Assembly (NCBI GenBank): GCA_040218735.1 | Contig: JAVJQW010000017.1 | Coordinates: 320,001-384,000 of the forward strand | Direction of reading: 5' to 3' | Length of the DNA stretch: 64,000 nt | From: Deltaproteobacteria bacterium | GTDB lineage: Bacteria; Myxococcota; Kuafuiibacteriia; Kuafuiibacteriales; Kuafuiibacteriaceae | Shown: piece by piece, positions 58,822 through 64,000 of the stretch | Layout of the letters: each line of letters begins with the position of its first letter | Position numbering within the stretch: the stretch's first letter is position 1 | Translations under genes and position numbers: made by a program | The notes under the pieces: generated by a model | Databases searched by the model: none | Told to the model about the DNA's origin: nothing | Seen by the model: the letters and a program-made list of their open reading frames with translations, nothing else

Positions 58822-60255
58822 TCAGTTACCGCACGAGTACTCACCGAACGGCGGGTAGTGCGCGATGAAGAGGTAACACATCTCGTCGGTCGTCCCCTCG
58901 CCGAAGCGCGTCGTGCCGGTACGCGGTGTCGTGTCCCAGATGCACGTCGCGCGGAGGGTGTCGCCCGCGTTGAAGTCCCAGTTGGCCGGGTACGAGACCT
59001 GCGACTCGAACGCAAACGTCGGCACGTCCGCAATCAGCTGCGGCGTCCCGTTGCGCACCACCTCCATGCGCGCGCCCTTCCCGAGCAGGTGCATGTGCGG
59101 GCTGTACGAGAAGACGTGCATCGGCCGCTCGAGCTGGCAGTCACCGCTGCGCTCCACGGCCGGCTGGCCCGGTGGCAGCGAGAAGTTCTCGAGGCCGACG
59201 CCGAGCACCGCCGCGTCGTTCGGTCGCAGCCGCCGCGTCGCCTTGAACATCATCCCCGACGCGTCGAGGTACGTGTCGTTCGTCGGGTTGTTGTAGTGCA
59301 CCTGCACGACGAGGTGATCGCCGTTCTCCAAACGCACGCCGGCCTCCGGCGGGAGCACCATCGTCTGACCGCCCGGCGCCCACCCGTGCAGCAGCTCCCA
59401 GTCGTTCTGGAGCACAGTGTCCGCCGCGCAGAGGAAGCCAGTGCGCTCCTCGGGATAGTTCCGCCCACCGTCGCGGAAGAGGAGGATGTGGTGGAGCACC
59501 GTCGGCTCGTCGATCACCGGCGTGATCTCCACGGCGTGCAGCGGCACGTTGGTGTCGATGACGGTTCGGAAGCAGCCGTACTCGTCCGTGGCTCCGCCGC
59601 GCACCGCGGCGTTCGGGGCGACGACCGGGATCATCTCGAACGGCGCCTCCGGATCGGGACCCGGCTCCACGCCGGAGTCGGGCGGCGACGAACCGCCGTC
59701 GACGATCACCCCCGCGTCCGGCTTGGGCTCTTCGCTCGGCGGCGTCCCCTCCGGAGCACCCGCGGCGGACCACGCCTGGATCAGCGCGATCTCTTCGTCG
59801 GTGAGGTGGCCGTTCGCGACGGGCGGCATCGGCGGCCGGCCGGTGTTGCGCGCGATGCGCTCCGCGACGACCTCGTGCACCCGCTTCGACGGGTCCGACC
59901 GCGCCGGCGCGTGCACCTCGGCGTAGGTCGCCAGCGGCATCGGCGCCCCGTAGAGGGGCATCGAACCGTGGCATAGATGACACTGACCGCGGATCAAAGG
60001 CTCCACATCCTGCCACCAGGTCGGCGTCGGCCCGGTCGGCCCGGGGGGAGGATCCTGACCGGGCAGCCCCGCGTCGTGGGTGGGCGTCGGGCCGTCGTCG
60101 AGGATCCGTGGCGGTCGCTCCCCGTACTCGTAGTCGGGGACACACGCGAACACCAATGCGAAAACGGGCGCAAACAGGCCGATCCGAGCGAACGAACGTG
60201 TCGAACGCCCAGGTGAGGCGGGGTGGGGTCGGGTCGGGTCTCGAGTCACCAGCAC
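58822..60255 (-). CDS. Copper type II monooxygenase-like (PHM/DBH) lipoprotein with c-type heme domain
   Basis: TWWQDVEPLIRGQCHLCH...MPP; VLHH, WAPG, QVHY, PHMHLLG, DEMC copper ligands. Confidence 0.85.
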   Translation of the reverse strand: MLVTRDPTRPHPASPGRSTRSFARIGLFAPVFALVFACVPDYEYGERPPRILDDGPTPTHDAGLPGQDPPPGPTGPTPTWWQDVEPLIRGQCHLCHGSMPLYGAPMPLATYAEVHAPARSDPSKRVHEVVAERIARNTGRPPMPPVANGHLTDEEIALIQAWSAAGAPEGTPPSEEPKPDAGVIVDGGSSPPDSGVEPGPDPEAPFEMIPVVAPNAAVRGGATDEYGCFRTVIDTNVPLHAVEITPVIDEPTVLHHILLFRDGGRNYPEERTGFLCAADTVLQNDWELLHGWAPGGQTMVLPPEAGVRLENGDHLVVQVHYNNPTNDTYLDASGMMFKATRRLRPNDAAVLGVGLENFSLPPGQPAVERSGDCQLERPMHVFSYSPHMHLLGKGARMEVVRNGTPQLIADVPTFAFESQVSYPANWDFNAGDTLRATCIWDTTPRTGTTRFGEGTTDEMCYLFIAHYPPFGEYSCGN

Positions 60256-60370
60256 GAAGAGCGCTCCTCATCGTCGGGTGTCCTTGTGCCCGGGCGTTCT
60301 CCGCCCCGGCTTCGTTGGACACGCGACGCGGTAGAAAGAAGCAATCCGCGCGCCGGTCGGGTTCAGCGAT

Positions 60371-60889
60371 TCACTGACCGCGGCGTGCGCTCATCTCGTG
60401 GGCGATGTCGTTTCGCGCGGCGTCGTCGAGCAAACGTTCGACCGCCGGGAAGATCACGTTCTCCTCCCGCGCGAGGTGCACGCCGAGGTCGGCGTCGACC
60501 GTCGACGCGACGCGCGCGAGGTCGGCGCGAAGATCGCCGAGCCGCTCCGGCGCGTCCGCGAGCGCGCGACACAACGTGATGAGCTCGGCCACCGGTCCTT
60601 CGTGCGCGCGGTGCTCCTTCTCCATCTCGGCGAGCTCTGCATCCACCGCCGCGTCGCGCCCCTTCAGGCGCGGGAGCAGCGACTCGTCCTCGTCGGCGGT
60701 GTGCCTAGGCAGCGCTTGCGTGAAGTACTTCACGACACCCGACGCCGCCTCGCGGACGTCGTCCGGCGTTGCGTCCTGCGACTCGGCGAGCCGCACCGCC
60801 GTAGCGGAGAACTTCCTGAGTTTGTCGTGGCACTCCCGCAGTCGCCCCACGGGATCCGTCGCCGCCGCCTTCTTGCCGATGCCGATCAT
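60371..60889 (-). CDS. Hemerythrin-domain protein
   Basis: LRECH, HTADEDESLLP, EH, HLAREENVIFP. Confidence 0.88.
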   Translation of the reverse strand: MIGIGKKAAATDPVGRLRECHDKLRKFSATAVRLAESQDATPDDVREAASGVVKYFTQALPRHTADEDESLLPRLKGRDAAVDAELAEMEKEHRAHEGPVAELITLCRALADAPERLGDLRADLARVASTVDADLGVHLAREENVIFPAVERLLDDAARNDIAHEMSARRGQ

Positions 60890-60914
60890 CGCGGACCACG
60901 TTCGCGCCAACGCT

Positions 60915-61430
60915 TCACGAGGACAAGGGGGACAGGTACCGCGCGCCGTCGAAACCGAAGCGTTGCACGGGGGCGTCGGGTCCTGCGGCGGGATCCAGCG
61001 TCATGACCCGGCACGTCGCGACCTCGTCGACGGCCGCGAGGAGCGCGGCTTCGAACGCCTCGACGACCGCCGCATCCGCGGTCACGCCGAGGAGCGCGAC
61101 GCCGATCGTCCCGCCCTGGAGCTGGATCTTCGCGACCGGCGTCTCGCCGCGGCGGACGACGAAGTCGACGACGAACAACGCATCGTCCACGTGTTCGACC
61201 GTGTCCGGATCCAGCGCGAGGCGACGGGTAGCGTCCTCCCCCCCGACCAGCGCACCGAGGCGCGCGAACACCCAGGACGCGACGGGCGCACCGTTCAGCT
61301 CCGGGAGGTGGGGGGTGAAGCGTTCGTCGAGATCCTCGACGGCGACGTCTTGTGGATCGTCGAGCTCGACCGCCGTGAACCCATCGTCCACGGCGAACGT
61401 GTAACCGCGCGCCTCGAAGAGGCCGAACAT
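60915..61430 (-). CDS. Hypothetical protein
   Basis: MFGLFEARGY start is TGATG-coupled to the S1 gene; GC3-biased. Confidence 0.6.
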   Translation of the reverse strand: MFGLFEARGYTFAVDDGFTAVELDDPQDVAVEDLDERFTPHLPELNGAPVASWVFARLGALVGGEDATRRLALDPDTVEHVDDALFVVDFVVRRGETPVAKIQLQGGTIGVALLGVTADAAVVEAFEAALLAAVDEVATCRVMTLDPAAGPDAPVQRFGFDGARYLSPLSS

Positions 61431-62458
61431 CAGTCTTCGATCAGCTGGAGCGAGAGGCGCTTCTGCGTCAGGTCGAGGTCGAGGACCTTCGCCTTCAGGT
61501 CGTCTCCGATGTCGGCCTTCTTGAGCTTCGACTTCGCGGTGTCCGTCGCGAGCGCGCCGGTCGCGTGCACGAGGCCTTCGACGCCCGGCTCGACCTGGAT
61601 GAAACAACCGTAGTCGGTCTTGCTGACGACCATCCCGTTGACGATCGTCCCGGCGGCGTAACGCTGCGGCGCGGTCGCCCACGGGTCGTCCTGCACCTGC
61701 TTGAGTCCGAGGGAGAGACGTTTGTTCTTCCTGTCGAACTTGAGCACCTTCACCAGGAGCTCCTGCCCGACCTCGACGACCTCCGACGGGTGCTTCACGG
61801 ACTTCCACGTCAGATCCGAGACGTGCAGCAGCCCCTCCGAGTTGCCGATGTCCACGAACACGCCGTACTCGGCGATGCTGCGAACGACGCCCTGCACGAT
61901 CGCGCCGACCTTCAGCGCGGAGAACACCTTCTCGCGCTCGCCCTCCAGCAGGGCGCGCCGCGACAGCACCACGTTCTGACGACGACGCTCGAAGCGGATG
62001 ACGCGGAACGAGAAGCGCTGTCCGAGCACCTCGTCCGCGTTCGCGATCGGCCGCAAGGCAACTTGCGAGCCGGGCAGGAACGCCTTCATCCCGACGTCGA
62101 CCGTATAGCCACCGTCGGTCTCGGCGACGACCTCACCTTCGAGCGTCTCCTTGGACTGGAACGCGGCGTCGATGCGGTCGAGCGTCGCGAGGCGGTCGGC
62201 CTTGTCCTTCGATACCGACCAGCGCTCCCGGTCGGGCGCGCGCTGCTCGACGTAGACGTCGAGGCGGTCGCCGACCACCAGGCCGTGCTCCTGCCCTGCG
62301 CGGGTGAAGTCACTCGCCGCGAGCTGGCCGACGCCTTCGTCGTCGCCGAGCTTCAGCACGAGCTGGTCATCGGAGACCTCCGTGACCTCGGCGTGCATCA
62401 CACGCCCGATCAGGTTCGCGGGCACGACCTCTTCGACGACTTCTGCGGTCTGGCTCAT
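61430..62458 (-). CDS. Short ribosomal protein S1-like paralogue (about 4 S1 domains)
   Basis: AFLPGSQV, NVVLSRR, YGVFVDIG.SEGLLHVSDLTW, RLSLGLKQ, YGCFIQVEPGVEGLVH. Confidence 0.85.
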   Translation of the reverse strand: MSQTAEVVEEVVPANLIGRVMHAEVTEVSDDQLVLKLGDDEGVGQLAASDFTRAGQEHGLVVGDRLDVYVEQRAPDRERWSVSKDKADRLATLDRIDAAFQSKETLEGEVVAETDGGYTVDVGMKAFLPGSQVALRPIANADEVLGQRFSFRVIRFERRRQNVVLSRRALLEGEREKVFSALKVGAIVQGVVRSIAEYGVFVDIGNSEGLLHVSDLTWKSVKHPSEVVEVGQELLVKVLKFDRKNKRLSLGLKQVQDDPWATAPQRYAAGTIVNGMVVSKTDYGCFIQVEPGVEGLVHATGALATDTAKSKLKKADIGDDLKAKVLDLDLTQKRLSLQLIED

Positions 62459-62597
62459 GGGGCGATAGGCATCGCCCCGATCCCGCGCGCGCGCAACCCT
62501 CAAAAAGGGGGGCCGATTTCCCTCGGCCGACAACGGCCAGGACCGGCCGATCGGAAGCCCCCAAGCGTCCGATCGACCGGTCCCTGCCGACCGGGGC

Positions 62598-64000
62598 TCA
62601 GCGAGCCGCGGCTTCCATCAACATCTCGCCGGGGATGAAGAACTCGGCGTAGGCGGCCACGCCGCGCGGGAGGAGCGCGCGGTCGATGTCCACGGTCGGC
62701 GCGAATCCATTCAGGAGAACCGCGTCGACCACCTCGGCCTCGGTCGAGGCGCGCAGCCCGCGCACGCCGGGCACGTCGATGAGGAGCTCCTGCTGCATCA
62801 GCCCGCCGGACTTGAACTCCGAGTGCAGGACGCCGGAGATCGTCACGGTGTCGACCAGCCCACGGACCCAGGTCACGTGGATGTCCACGTCGCGGACGAT
62901 CGCCAGGTCGAACGGGTTACCGGCGTACTCGAAGATCTCGGCGGCGACGTCGATGTAGGGATCGATCAACCAGTCGCTCTTCCAACGGTCGTACGGATTC
63001 TCCCAGACCGGCGGCTTCGTCTCGATGCAGTGGATGATCTGCAGAATCTTGTAGAACCCACAGAGCTGGGCCTTGTCCGCGTCGGTGAGGAGCACCGGCT
63101 GCACCGCGTACGTGTTCGCGCCCGCGGTGGTCACGACCTTCGCGTGCAGCGGGTACGGCGCGCTGTTGTACGCGAGGATCTGCGCGTCGGTGACGCCCGG
63201 CTTCAGCTTGATCTCGATGTCGGCCGGGAGCTTCAGATCCGTCGGGATCGTGACGTCGAAGAGATTATCGATGTCGCCGGTGAGCCCGAGCTCGCAGATC
63301 TTCGCGTCGCCCTTCACGTACACCCCGCCCTCCGTGGAGCAGGTCGCGCTGTTGCAGTTGCCGCGCAGGCCGACCTTCGGATCGTGCACCAGCACCTGCG
63401 TGCTCGGCGCGGCGGGGCCGTAGACCGCGAGCGGCCCCGACATGAACAGGCCGCCGCCGTCACCGATCACAGAGGTGAGCGTCGCCACTGCCATGTGCCC
63501 GAAGCCGAAGTTCATCGTCTGCGGGTGCGTCTTCAGGTTGCAGTCGAGGGCGCCGTTCGACGTCGTGGAGCAGGCGCCGTTCTGACTCGCCAAGTCGATG
63601 TCGATGAACTGCCCGGCGATCAGCGTAACAAGGCCGGCGAACAAGTCACCCGTCTGCGCGCCGCACGCGAACAGGTCCCAGTCACTCGCGTCGTAGTTGA
63701 TCTGACCGCTGAGCTGCAGGCCGTTGCTGTCGTTGTTCTTGGCGATCGTCAACGGGACCTCGAGTTCGACGTCGATCTCACACGGCCCCGCGTGAACCAC
63801 GAGGTCCGAAGTCACCGTCGCACCGGCACCCGCCGTCCCGAGCGGGAGCCAGAACAGCTGCGCCGCGCTCGCGGAGAGCATGCTGCTGTCACTCGCGACG
63901 AAGTCATCGATGATCTGCTCGAACTTCTCCTCGAGGAGCTCCTTGTGGAGGAATCCACGCCAGTCGCCCGTACCCACCGCGGGGGCGAGCGAGCCGTCGA
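62598..64000 (-). CDS. Hypothetical protein, probably extending beyond the window
   Basis: Long GC3-biased ORF at the window edge; no recognised motif. Confidence 0.65.
   Translation of the reverse strand, partial: DGSLAPAVGTGDWRGFLHKELLEEKFEQIIDDFVASDSSMLSASAAQLFWLPLGTAGAGATVTSDLVVHAGPCEIDVELEVPLTIAKNNDSNGLQLSGQINYDASDWDLFACGAQTGDLFAGLVTLIAGQFIDIDLASQNGACSTTSNGALDCNLKTHPQTMNFGFGHMAVATLTSVIGDGGGLFMSGPLAVYGPAAPSTQVLVHDPKVGLRGNCNSATCSTEGGVYVKGDAKICELGLTGDIDNLFDVTIPTDLKLPADIEIKLKPGVTDAQILAYNSAPYPLHAKVVTTAGANTYAVQPVLLTDADKAQLCGFYKILQIIHCIETKPPVWENPYDRWKSDWLIDPYIDVAAEIFEYAGNPFDLAIVRDVDIHVTWVRGLVDTVTISGVLHSEFKSGGLMQQELLIDVPGVRGLRASTEAEVVDAVLLNGFAPTVDIDRALLPRGVAAYAEFFIPGEMLMEAAAR

Overview
High-GC bacterial window, most consistent with an uncultured Myxococcota lineage (TIGR02266-type PilZ/Hsp70 fusion, MYXO-CTERM-like tails, many Cys-rich lipoproteins). 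It opens with the end of a non-flagellar type III secretion (T3SS) locus: two SycD/LcrH-like TPR chaperones flanking a 407-aa Met/Gly-rich protein whose C-terminus looks like a T3SS needle/tip-filament polymerisation helix, followed by the export gate sctV. About 45 kb downstream is an orphan csrA-fliW pair with no flagellar genes nearby. The leader of the Met/Gly-rich gene has the layout of a CsrA-repressed flagellin leader (GGA in a hairpin loop plus GGA in the SD). My lead hypothesis, which is inference, is a flagellin-type CsrA-FliW partner switch re-wired to a T3SS filament. Other content: a NUDIX gene split by an 88-bp structured insert with GGTACC direct repeats, an M15B peptidase, alaS, a 2131-aa PilZ-repeat-Hsp70 protein, gshA, peptidoglycan enzymes, a DUF3857/transglutaminase pair, a triple-domain lipoprotein, metalloproteases, aspartate kinase, polysaccharide genes, a DUF1905 remnant, a heme-c copper monooxygenase and a short S1 paralogue. 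I saw no rRNA, tRNA, CRISPR array or transposase. All family calls come from motif recognition by eye; no database searches were run.
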